This document shows positions 1-9,609 of a stretch of DNA of 33,629 nt, piece after piece. The first letter of the stretch is position 1, and each line of letters starts with the position of its first letter. The notes under the pieces were generated by a model. It searched no databases, was not told the origin of the DNA, and was given only the letters and a program-made list of their open reading frames with translations. Source of the DNA: a virus (Duplodnaviria; Caudoviricetes); the IMG/VR virus record IMGVR_UViG_3300027697_000051, positions 1 to 33,629 of that record, one strand, 5' to 3'. The position numbers were made by a program, and so were the translations under genes.

Positions 1-2233
<2,233 letters not shown>

Positions 2234-2237
<4 letters not shown>

Positions 2238-2914
2238 CTAAAGTATCCACTAATCTGAGGCGAGATGTATTGTTGTGCAGTTTCGACGTTCTGCATCGCG
2301 GCTATTTCATACGCTTCGTCAGCCATTGGCTTCAATCCAGCAACTTTATCTGGAGACCAAATGACAGCTAAGCGTAAAGCGAGACCATACGCAAAAGCTT
2401 CCAACCAAATTGGCGGGATATCGACTTCTTGCGTGCCATTCATATTGGCGTCCTGAATGCGCATAACTTTGTAGTATTTTAAACTCGTCTGCGATCCATC
2501 AGGAACAGGCCAAAGCGTAACAGTTGGCGACAATAACCTGTCAAACCAGAAAGTCGTTGGAAAGCCTTGTTGAGCTTTATTTGGATATGACGCGTATTCT
2601 GTGCGGCTTACAGGAAGAATAATGCGATCGATCGCCGGGCTTCCGTATTCAATATACGCGTCAAGCATGACAACAGTATTGGCGTCGACGTTATAAGTCT
2701 CAGTGCCTTGAACAAGCGGAACAGTAACAAGCGTGACTTGCCAAAGATTGACGCCCTGATTGCTCCAACGCGTCAGCATCATGTTTGTCGCTGTGCGAGC
2801 GGCGTCTAAATGCTCTTGTAATAATGCAGTAGGACGCACACCAATTAACTGATACGCGTATAAAGTGATCTCGCCAAGAGACGGATTAAACGTGTAGGTT
2901 CCGCTCGTGGACAT
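2234..2914 (-). CDS. Putative head-tail adaptor / tail tubular protein
   Basis: 226 aa; GxPT...RLL..TVTLWPVPD...Y.LA..LA pattern typical of podovirus-like adaptor proteins; lies downstream of the capsid genes; AGGAG RBS. Confidence 0.6.
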
Positions 2915-2939
2915 AGTTTCTCCTACTAATTTTTAATTA

Positions 2940-3596
2940 TTAAATAGGGCCGTTGCTTGATTGCAGGAATGTTACAGTAGCTGAACCGCTTCCGCTATTA
3001 AGCAAAACGCGCGCATATCTTGGCGCGTAAGCAATATAACCAGATTTTGCCGTAGCTTCAGAAACAAGATTTGCGTCTAAAGCGTCAAGCCACGTTACAG
3101 CGCCAATCGCAACAGGACTAAAAGGATCGTTTGGATCTTCTAGCGTCGTTTGCACGCTGTAATTTACCGTGCCGCTAACATCACCCTGAACAGTGATCTG
3201 CCCAGGAGCGAAGTCATCAAAGCGAACCCAGCGAGATCCAGCAACGCCATTTGTGCCTACAGTCACGCCACTAACGCTGGTTGCTGCGCTTGCAGCGACG
3301 CGCGTAACAGTAACGAAATCTAGAGTTGTAGCGACTGAGCTGCCGCTTGTGCCTTGAACGGTTTCAGAGATTGACTGCCCGTTGAACCAAGTGCCGTAAA
3401 CCGTAAACGTGACGGCGCTATCATTGCCGACATTGGTTATTAAAATCTGGCGCGGCTCATCAAGGATAGCAACGCCGCCAGTAACAAGTGAACCGTTAAG
3501 CGTTAAGTTCGCTGCTCCAGCTGTTGTCTGATTTAATGCAATATTGTTGGCTGATGCCGAAGCAAGAGGGCCGACGGTAACAGTAAGAGCTTGCAT
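2940..3596 (-). CDS. Putative virion structural protein (beta-rich, Thr/Ala/Ser/Gly-rich)
   Basis: 218 aa ORF in the structural operon, TGATG coupling. Confidence 0.6.
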   Translation of the reverse strand: MQALTVTVGPLASASANNIALNQTTAGAANLTLNGSLVTGGVAILDEPRQILITNVGNDSAVTFTVYGTWFNGQSISETVQGTSGSSVATTLDFVTVTRVAASAATSVSGVTVGTNGVAGSRWVRFDDFAPGQITVQGDVSGTVNYSVQTTLEDPNDPFSPVAIGAVTWLDALDANLVSEATAKSGYIAYAPRYARVLLNSGSGSATVTFLQSSNGPI

Positions 3597-3769
3597 CAGC
3601 GTTTTCCTTTTGTCTTTCCAACGCGCGCGGCGGCGACATTATCAACCAAATTTGGATAAGGCCGTCCGGCGGCTCTTGCCCTGGCTTTGGCTATCTTAAC
3701 ACCTTTTGCGCTTAAAGCCTTGTGCTTTGCGTCTTTCGGCGCATCTTTTTCCCAAAACGGCTTGCTCAT
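3596..3769 (-). CDS. Small basic protein (RPYPNLVDN motif)
   Basis: Start reassigned to ATG 3769 (TGATG overlap with upstream gene); Lys/Arg-rich. Confidence 0.65.
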   Translation of the reverse strand: MSKPFWEKDAPKDAKHKALSAKGVKIAKARARAAGRPYPNLVDNVAAARVGKTKGKR

Positions 3770-4038
3770 CAACAGTCCCATTTTCTGAGTGATTTATTGA
3801 TGCGACTATTTGGATCTGCGGCTTTTGCAGAGCCGGTTAATTTCTTTTTCATACCAGTCATACGACTACAAAATGAAGAACGGCGACCAGCTGCTTTATC
3901 ACTTTTTGCTGCCTGTTCTTTTGAAACTGGCGGCTTTAAATTATGGCCTTCAGCCTTTGCTGATGCGCGGCCCTTAGCGTTTAAGCCGCCTTCAGGGTTT
4001 TTGCCTTCCTTACGCGTCCAAGCAGGAGATTTAGCCAT
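3769..4038 (-). CDS. Small basic phage protein, DUF6321-like
   Basis: MAKSPAWTRKEGKNPEGGLNAKGRAS...RRSSFCSRM...SRINKSLRKWDC; GGAG RBS before ATG 4038. Confidence 0.7.
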   Translation of the reverse strand: MAKSPAWTRKEGKNPEGGLNAKGRASAKAEGHNLKPPVSKEQAAKSDKAAGRRSSFCSRMTGMKKKLTGSAKAADPNSRINKSLRKWDC

Positions 4039-4048
4039 GTCTTTCTCC

Positions 4049-4083
4049 AAAAAACCGACGGAACTCTTAAAAAAGTTCCGTCG
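4049..4083 (-). terminator. Intrinsic terminator
   Basis: 10-bp stem CGACGGAACT/AGTTCCGTCG followed by T6 on the minus strand. Confidence 0.7.
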
Positions 4084-4100
4084 ACTTCGCAACAGACAAC

Positions 4101-4310
4101 TCAATAATGAGAAGCCTTACCGCGTGGCGTGCCAGCTTTAGCTGACGAAAATACGCCGCCGCCTGAAGCGCGAGCAGGCTTTTTGCCCTTTGCAGCTTCA
4201 GACATTACAGCTTTGCCGCCTTTTTTCATGCAGCCGCCGCCCTTTTTAAAGCCGTCGGTCTTGTCTTCAGCTTCTTTAATTGTGCTGGCTTTGCCTTTGT
4301 AAGCACCCAT
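4101..4310 (-). CDS. Small Lys/Gly-rich protein with three xxGG motifs (putative internal head protein)
   Basis: FKKGGG, MKKGGKA, RASGGGV; AGGAG RBS. Confidence 0.65.
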   Translation of the reverse strand: MGAYKGKASTIKEAEDKTDGFKKGGGCMKKGGKAVMSEAAKGKKPARASGGGVFSSAKAGTPRGKASHY

Positions 4311-4325
4311 TTTTCTCTCCTATGC

Positions 4326-4784
4326 TTAAGCGTTGTTTGCTTGGATGTATGTGACGATGAGCTTGCCAGCGCCAGGCGTAGCACTTGGAGCGCCGCTATC
4401 AACCCAGATAGCAACATCAGATGTGCCAACATCCTGCCAAACGCCAGTGCGCGTAGCATCAGTGCCTGGATTAAGAGAAAGCAAGCCGACAGCATTCGCA
4501 TTCGTCGCAGCAACTAACTCAGTAGCAGTTGATGACGTTCCAACGCTTAATGTGTAAGTCGTCGTCGCGCTCGACCATGCAACATCAACAAGAACGTCAA
4601 TGCTAACAATCGTGCTGTTTGCAGGAATTGTAATTGCAGTCTGTGCTGATGTCGTTGACTGAACAATGTCAGCCGATTGAGCCATGAGGCAAAAACCAAC
4701 ATTCTTGATTGAGCCAACTGTGGTGCCAGTGGTATCAAGAACGTCGCCAGCCTTTATTGGACCGGTAAACGTAGTCGTTCCCAT
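4326..4784 (-). CDS. Putative capsid decoration / minor head protein
   Basis: MGTTTFTGPIKAG... beta-rich; AAGGAG RBS at 4793-4798; first structural gene after MCP apart from the nuclease. Confidence 0.6.
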   Translation of the reverse strand: MGTTTFTGPIKAGDVLDTTGTTVGSIKNVGFCLMAQSADIVQSTTSAQTAITIPANSTIVSIDVLVDVAWSSATTTYTLSVGTSSTATELVAATNANAVGLLSLNPGTDATRTGVWQDVGTSDVAIWVDSGAPSATPGAGKLIVTYIQANNA

Positions 4785-4798
4785 TAAATTCACTCCTT

Positions 4799-4867
4799 CT
4801 GCACAAGGTTTAATTACGTCGTCTGTGCAGCGTCCGCTTGGCCGGTCGACGTAACTGGATTGCCAAG
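4799..4867 (-). ncRNA. Candidate multi-pseudoknot cis-regulatory RNA abutting the RBS of the 4784 gene
   Basis: Three interleaved perfect helices: CTTGGC/GCCAAG, TTACGTCG/CGACGTAA, CTGCACA/TGTGCAG. Confidence 0.55.
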
Positions 4868-5566
4868 ATCTACATTATCAACGTGTTTATCAAGATAAGC
4901 AATCGCTGATAATAAGATTGTTTTGTCTTCTTTAAACTTTCCTATTCCTTGGTTACAAGCTTCACAAAGAAGACCGCGAACCTTACCTGTTGTGTGGCAA
5001 TGATCTACAGCCAAAGCTTTAATGTTGCCGTTTCTATTGCCACCTGACTCACTACCGCAAATTGCACACTTGCCATTTTGAGCCATATACATCTGACTAT
5101 ACTCTAGCAGAGATATACCATATTTGCGTTGCAAATCTTTATCGGCATAGTCTGTTTTGTATATACGTCGATGCTCTTTGTAATATTCAGGACTATGACT
5201 ATCTATCCTATTTGGATGAGCCACGGTCGCTAAACTTTGGCTTAAAGATAGATTGTCAGCTTTTAAATTTAACGGGTTATTATCGTTAAATTTAATTCTT
5301 CCATTAGGCCATTCCCCATTTATTAAAACCCAAGCTATACGCGCTGAAGGAATGTTTTGATTTCCTATGCGAATATAACCGTATGATACAGGGTTGCCTT
5401 CTTTGTCTTTACGGGTTGCCTTTACACAACCTGCAATCTCGCCTGCGTAAACATTCTTTGCTGGCGATTTAGACCAATAAACAGCCCCAGTATCTGGGTC
5501 GTAAGAAAGAAATTCTTTGACTAAATCAACGGATATGTCTTCAACTTTTGGCATTTCAGTCTCCAT
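4814..5566 (-). CDS. Free-standing homing-type endonuclease: degenerate HNH-like N-terminal domain plus endonuclease VII-like C-terminal domain
   Basis: YGISLLEY...QNGKCAICG...LAVDHCHTTGKVRGLLCEACNQGIG is the EndoVII signature; AT-rich relative to flanks; has its own promoter. Confidence 0.85.
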   Translation of the reverse strand: METEMPKVEDISVDLVKEFLSYDPDTGAVYWSKSPAKNVYAGEIAGCVKATRKDKEGNPVSYGYIRIGNQNIPSARIAWVLINGEWPNGRIKFNDNNPLNLKADNLSLSQSLATVAHPNRIDSHSPEYYKEHRRIYKTDYADKDLQRKYGISLLEYSQMYMAQNGKCAICGSESGGNRNGNIKALAVDHCHTTGKVRGLLCEACNQGIGKFKEDKTILLSAIAYLDKHVDNVDLGNPVTSTGQADAAQTT

Positions 5567-5584
5567 AAGATCACTAACAAACGT

Positions 5585-5613
5585 AATATACGTCTTTAAT
5601 AACCTTATGTCAA
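5585..5613 (-). promoter_or_regulatory. Sigma70-type promoter for the endonuclease gene
   Basis: TTGACA (5613-5608), 17 bp, TATATT (5590-5585). Confidence 0.7.
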
Positions 5614-5671
5614 ACCATAACCTTTTAGTATTGACAACCGTATCTTTTAATCGTAACTTCCTAATTAAGCC

Positions 5672-5699
5672 TACCGCCCACTTTGATTGGTGGGCGGTA
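5672..5699 (-). terminator. Stem-loop downstream of major capsid gene
   Basis: 10-bp stem TACCGCCCAC/GTGGGCGGTA; weak U-tract. Confidence 0.5.
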
Positions 5700-5713
5700 A
5701 GTTATTGACTTCA

Positions 5714-6628
5714 TTAAGAAGTTGGGAAACTGCCGTAGATGCTACGGAAGTTATAATACCCAAACGAATACCGCTCATAACCTTTAACAAGAAGGTTATC
5801 GGTTACGAAATCCACCTGGAGATCACTTTCGAACTTCACGCGTTCCATGTAAGACAAGCCATCAATGTTGGTTAGCAAGAACCAAGCATAAGCAGAGGTC
5901 AAGAAGTCGTTGACCATGTAGCCTTCTGGCAAGCCGCCAGCCGTCATCATGATCGCATTGACATCATTGTCCGCTGTGCCTGGGCGCAATTCGGTCTTTG
6001 TCAGACGAATTGCAACTGGCTCCAACTGTGGCGGAACAACAAGACGACGACCGCGAGCGAAGATCTTTAGACCAGCTTGATCTTTGAAATTCGTTCTGAT
6101 CGAAATCATGCCATTCAACAGCGTGCTTTCGTTGAGATCGACATCAACCGTAGGACGGTTAGCAACAGTGCCGCCGTCGATTGGATGGTCGGTCGCGCAG
6201 AGAGCTTTGCCGTCACCGCCGATTGACGCGTTATACGTCGTGGCAGTGTTAAGCACGTTCGCGCCATAGATTTCTTTGGTCTGATGGAAGCTTTCAATCA
6301 GGCCAAGGTTTGACGGCATAAACTGTGACTTATACAGATTGTCGTCGATTGCTTTACGCGTAATCGCATAGCCCAGAGCAATTTCAGTGTGCTCTTGGTT
6401 ATAGACGTAGCGTTCGCCAGCATTGTTGTCGAATGCGGTCTGACCGCCTTCTGTCTTCAGCTGAGCGAGACCCAGAAAGCGCATTTCAGCTGTGCGCTCA
6501 AGAGCCATTTTACTGTCGTGCTTCGTGAAGATCTTGTCGTATTGCGACGGGATCTGCTCGTATTTGCCTTCAATCCCACGGAGACCGGGGAGGAGAAGGT
6601 CTTTGATGGCAGAGAGATTAACAGCCAT
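5714..6628 (-). CDS. Major capsid protein (HK97 fold, Mu gpT-like family)
   Basis: 304 aa; LLLPGL..., IALGYAITRKAIDDNLY, LVVPPQLE, ERYSFG..NFRSIYGS; position after scaffold and decoration genes. Confidence 0.88.
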   Translation of the reverse strand: MAVNLSAIKDLLLPGLRGIEGKYEQIPSQYDKIFTKHDSKMALERTAEMRFLGLAQLKTEGGQTAFDNNAGERYVYNQEHTEIALGYAITRKAIDDNLYKSQFMPSNLGLIESFHQTKEIYGANVLNTATTYNASIGGDGKALCATDHPIDGGTVANRPTVDVDLNESTLLNGMISIRTNFKDQAGLKIFARGRRLVVPPQLEPVAIRLTKTELRPGTADNDVNAIMMTAGGLPEGYMVNDFLTSAYAWFLLTNIDGLSYMERVKFESDLQVDFVTDNLLVKGYERYSFGYYNFRSIYGSFPTS

Positions 6629-6641
6629 TGGTCCTTACTCC

Positions 6642-7226
6642 TTAGATTGTGACAAGCGTCTTGGTTGAGACGTTCAAGAAGCCAACAATAACGTAATTGG
6701 CATTCGAGGCCGTATCAGTGCCATTTGAGCCTGGCGGTTCAGTGACAAGTCCGATGACGCGGAATGGAGCCGTCGAAGACGTTCCAAGCGTTTCAACATA
6801 CATGCCAGAGATGCCGTTTGCCGTATTGCCGCTAGAACCGCCAGCAAGCGAGATCGAAGCGCCAACGCCTGCCTGCGTCACGTTAGTGGTGCTGCCAGCT
6901 TGCACAAGGAAGCGAGCATTAGGATCGTTGACAACGTAGGCGTAGACAGAGCCGTTATTGTCTGAACCTGGCCAATAGTTTGACCAAACAGTGCGCTTCT
7001 GAGAAACCGAAAGATATTTACAGCCCTGAAAAACACCAGCCAGCTGTGTCGTCGGCGCGTCACCCGCGCGTGTGATAAAGCCATTGGCGTCCTGAAGGAC
7101 AGCATCGCCGTAGAAAATAGGCGTCGTATAGTCGGATTTGATCAGCATCTCGACCTGTTCATAGGTCGGGGCAGAACCGTTCCCGCTATACTGACGAAAA
7201 CCGAAAGGCGCAAACGTATTCGCCAT
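6642..7226 (-). CDS. Putative capsid cement/decoration protein
   Basis: MANTFAPFGFR..., IFYGD.V, GVFQGC.Y, V.DP...F; immediately upstream of MCP. Confidence 0.6.
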   Translation of the reverse strand: MANTFAPFGFRQYSGNGSAPTYEQVEMLIKSDYTTPIFYGDAVLQDANGFITRAGDAPTTQLAGVFQGCKYLSVSQKRTVWSNYWPGSDNNGSVYAYVVNDPNARFLVQAGSTTNVTQAGVGASISLAGGSSGNTANGISGMYVETLGTSSTAPFRVIGLVTEPPGSNGTDTASNANYVIVGFLNVSTKTLVTI

Positions 7227-7234
7227 GACGGGTT

Positions 7235-7314
7235 CTCCTTATATAGGAGGCTCATCATCGCGCGCCGGGGCGATTATAGAACCGGAAAAGATTAATGCCT
7301 CACGCCGGGGAGGC
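7235..7314 (-). promoter_or_regulatory. Structured 5' leader: twin hairpins with CCCGGCGY loops plus SD-sequestering hairpin
   Basis: GCCTC-CCCGGCGT-GAGGC, ATCGC-CCCGGCGC-GCGAT, CTCCT-ATATA-AGGAG. Confidence 0.6.
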
Positions 7315-7340
7315 CCAGGCCATCAATGTGGCTTGTCGTC

Positions 7341-7369
7341 ATTATCTCAATTTATAAACAAAATGTAAA
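7341..7369 (-). promoter_or_regulatory. Sigma70-type promoter for capsid genes
   Basis: TTTACA (7369-7364), 17 bp, GATAAT (7346-7341), directly after a terminator. Confidence 0.6.
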
Positions 7370-7393
7370 GGCCCGCACGAGGCGGGCCCTTTT
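7367..7393. terminator. Intrinsic terminator, possibly bidirectional
   Basis: GGCCCGC-ACGAG-GCGGGCC stem flanked by A and T runs. Confidence 0.65.
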
Positions 7394-7397
7394 ATTA

Positions 7398-7961
7398 TCA
7401 ATCTTCTGGTATTGGCATGGGCTCGTAGCCCTTTTTAATTGTCGGTCTCACGCGCGCGTGATCTCGCGTCATCGTGCCTTCAGGCGTTCCCGCAAGCTGT
7501 GCCTCTTTATGCGCAACTTGTAAGCGGGCCTTACGTCTTTCGGCGTCAACGCGCTCTTGGACAATCTCCGTTGGGCATTCCATGAGGATCATGCCCTTGC
7601 GCGTAATGATTTGCATTTGTGTGTTTTGCGGCATCATATTTGGATGACGCGAAACAGGAACAGCAGTCCATCCAGAGCGCGCAAGCTGCACTTGATAAGC
7701 TGGGTCTTCTGCGCCGTATGTGGTGTGACGCTTCCACTCATACGTCCAACCATCAGGGATGATGTCCAGCGGCACATAGAAGTCATCAATGCCGTCAACA
7801 ACTTCTCCGTTGCTGTGCTCACGCAACTGAGCCGCACGCTGTGCAGCGCGAGCCTTTGGATCATCTTCTCTCATGGGTGGCCTTATTACTTCTGGCGTTT
7901 CTTTGACGGCAGAAGCCGCCTTAGAAAACATGCCCTTCTTCGATACAATAGGCGTATTCAT
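7398..7961 (-). CDS. Conserved head-module hypothetical protein
   Basis: 187 aa; PDGWTYEWKR...GW..VP...GMILM; GGAG RBS. Confidence 0.7.
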   Translation of the reverse strand: MNTPIVSKKGMFSKAASAVKETPEVIRPPMREDDPKARAAQRAAQLREHSNGEVVDGIDDFYVPLDIIPDGWTYEWKRHTTYGAEDPAYQVQLARSGWTAVPVSRHPNMMPQNTQMQIITRKGMILMECPTEIVQERVDAERRKARLQVAHKEAQLAGTPEGTMTRDHARVRPTIKKGYEPMPIPED

Positions 7962-7974
7962 AATCTAATCTCCA

Positions 7975-8898
7975 TTAACGTCCGATTTTGCCTTCTTTTT
8001 GAAGCGCAACCATATGCTTTGCGTATTCATTTTCAGTCATGCCAAGCATTTGCGCTGTATCCGCCTGCTCTCGCGTTAAGCGAACAACATTTGATCGTTG
8101 ATTGCTGCGCGATACAGGAGCTGGCGGAGGCTGGGGAGCCCGCTTAGGAGCGGGCGCAGCAGCTTCTGATGCAGGCTCAGGAGCTTCACGCTTACGCAAG
8201 CCAAGACGGCTTTCAACAAACGCAAAATATTCATCAGTATCAGTTGTAATGCCTTCATCAATAGCATCTTCATGAGCACGAAACATGCGTCGGATCTCAC
8301 GCTCGCTTGATAAGTTAGACTTATTCTCTCTCAACCAAGCAGCAGAACGTGGTGACGTGTTTTGAGCCATTTGCTCTATTGCATCAGCAGGCGTTGGTGG
8401 AACAGGACGCACGGGTTGACGTTGCGCAGCCTCTTCTGCTTCTTTCATTGCTTGTTTCATGGCAGTTTCGCCACGCTTTAGCTCTGCAAGCTGCTGAGAG
8501 TTTACTGTTATTGCGTCAATTAACTCCGCAGTCTTATCTGCGTCGCCAACAATCGTCGCTTCCTTATAAGCAGCCTTTAATGCGTCGCTTCTATCTTTAA
8601 GCGTCTCTATTGCATTAACGACAAGCTGATAATTTGCGTCTTTTACATCATTATTTGCGCGCTCAGCACGCAAATTTGATTGATAAGCCTGCTTTTCAGC
8701 TTCAATACGCGCCTGTTTTTCTGCTTCAAGACGTCTTTTTAACTCTTGAATGCCTTCTTCTGGCTCAATAATAGAAGTTTTTTCTATTTCAGGAGCCGCT
8801 TCAGCCTTTTCTTCTACAATTTCTACTTCAGGCTCGTCTTTTTTCTCTAATTTTGGCTCATCTAAGACAACTTCAACGTGATCTTCTTCTTCAGACAT
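7975..8898 (-). CDS. Putative capsid scaffolding protein
   Basis: Acidic N-terminus, long coiled coil, Pro-rich linker, C-terminal VRLTREQ...LGMT..EYAK; lies upstream of MCP. Confidence 0.6.
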   Translation of the reverse strand: MSEEEDHVEVVLDEPKLEKKDEPEVEIVEEKAEAAPEIEKTSIIEPEEGIQELKRRLEAEKQARIEAEKQAYQSNLRAERANNDVKDANYQLVVNAIETLKDRSDALKAAYKEATIVGDADKTAELIDAITVNSQQLAELKRGETAMKQAMKEAEEAAQRQPVRPVPPTPADAIEQMAQNTSPRSAAWLRENKSNLSSEREIRRMFRAHEDAIDEGITTDTDEYFAFVESRLGLRKREAPEPASEAAAPAPKRAPQPPPAPVSRSNQRSNVVRLTREQADTAQMLGMTENEYAKHMVALQKEGKIGR

Positions 8899-8910
8899 CA
8901 ATTTTCTCCA

Positions 8911-9303
8911 TTACCATGCAGTATCTGGCGTCGGAATGCGCATTTTTACTTGCGTATCGGACAGCATTCGGCACAAAACACCATTAATTGTGATGCTCCA
9001 GCCATCTGACGGGCGATAAACAAGCCAATCATGCAAGTTAAAGCTTGCATTATTAAACCATTGACCGCTGTCATCTTGAAAAGCAGCTGGACCCATGCCT
9101 ACAAGAAGGCCAACTTTGCCTTGGAACTTATCTTCTTCAGCATATTTATCAGTTAAATACAGGCCGCTTTTTGTTTTTGTCGGGCGCACATAGACGGCGA
9201 CAAGGATTTGATTATTGAAAAGCTCGACTTGCGAAAGATCGCCAATCTCATCAAGCAATTTTTGTTTTGGATCACCATCGTGAGCCATGATTAGTGCAGA
9301 CAT
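8911..9303 (-). CDS. GroES/Cpn10-like co-chaperonin
   Basis: NNQILV...TKTKSGLYL (mobile loop) ...GLLVGMGPAAF...GWSITINGVLCRML. Confidence 0.8.
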   Translation of the reverse strand: MSALIMAHDGDPKQKLLDEIGDLSQVELFNNQILVAVYVRPTKTKSGLYLTDKYAEEDKFQGKVGLLVGMGPAAFQDDSGQWFNNASFNLHDWLVYRPSDGWSITINGVLCRMLSDTQVKMRIPTPDTAW

Positions 9304-9312
9304 TGTTTCCCC

Positions 9313-9528
9313 TTATTGTTCGCGCGGTTTGCCGTCGCATATTGCTGATGCTTCGGCCATTAAATCGATTGCAGTGCGCAAACCTGCAATCTTACCAGCA
9401 ACGAATTTATATTCGTTGAAGTTCTCTACAAATCCTAATGCAAGATTGTCTTTCATTCGGTTGATCTCAATTTCAATCAATTGCTCAAGCTCGTGAGCAA
9501 ACATATGGCTACGCGTCAACGTTCCCAC
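9313..9528 (-). CDS. Small conserved hypothetical protein
   Basis: 71 aa helical (EYKFVAGKIAGLRTA); GTG start with AAGGGGG RBS. Confidence 0.7.
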   Translation of the reverse strand: MGTLTRSHMFAHELEQLIEIEINRMKDNLALGFVENFNEYKFVAGKIAGLRTAIDLMAEASAICDGKPREQ

Positions 9529-9534
9529 AACCCA

Positions 9535-9598
9535 CCCCCTTGGGCTCCCCTTGTGATTTATCAGGACTGGACGCCATAAGGGGGATGACGCCCAGTCC
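9535..9598 (-). promoter_or_regulatory. 14-bp hairpin whose loop (CCCCCUU) is complementary to the downstream SD (AAGGGGG); H-type pseudoknot candidate
   Basis: Stem GGACTGGGCGTCAT/ATGGCGTCCAGTCC with two G-U pairs that only work on the minus strand. Confidence 0.55.
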
Positions 9599-9609
9599 CT
9601 ACGCAGTAA

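Noticed and set aside
4799-4867. HDV-like ribozyme assignment for the pseudoknot
   Set aside because: No room for P3/L3 between the P2 and P1 strands; topology differs
4814-5713. Endonuclease as part of a group I intron in the capsid gene
   Set aside because: MCP ends with a normal C-terminus and stop, the downstream gene has its own RBS and start, and no intron core motifs were recognised
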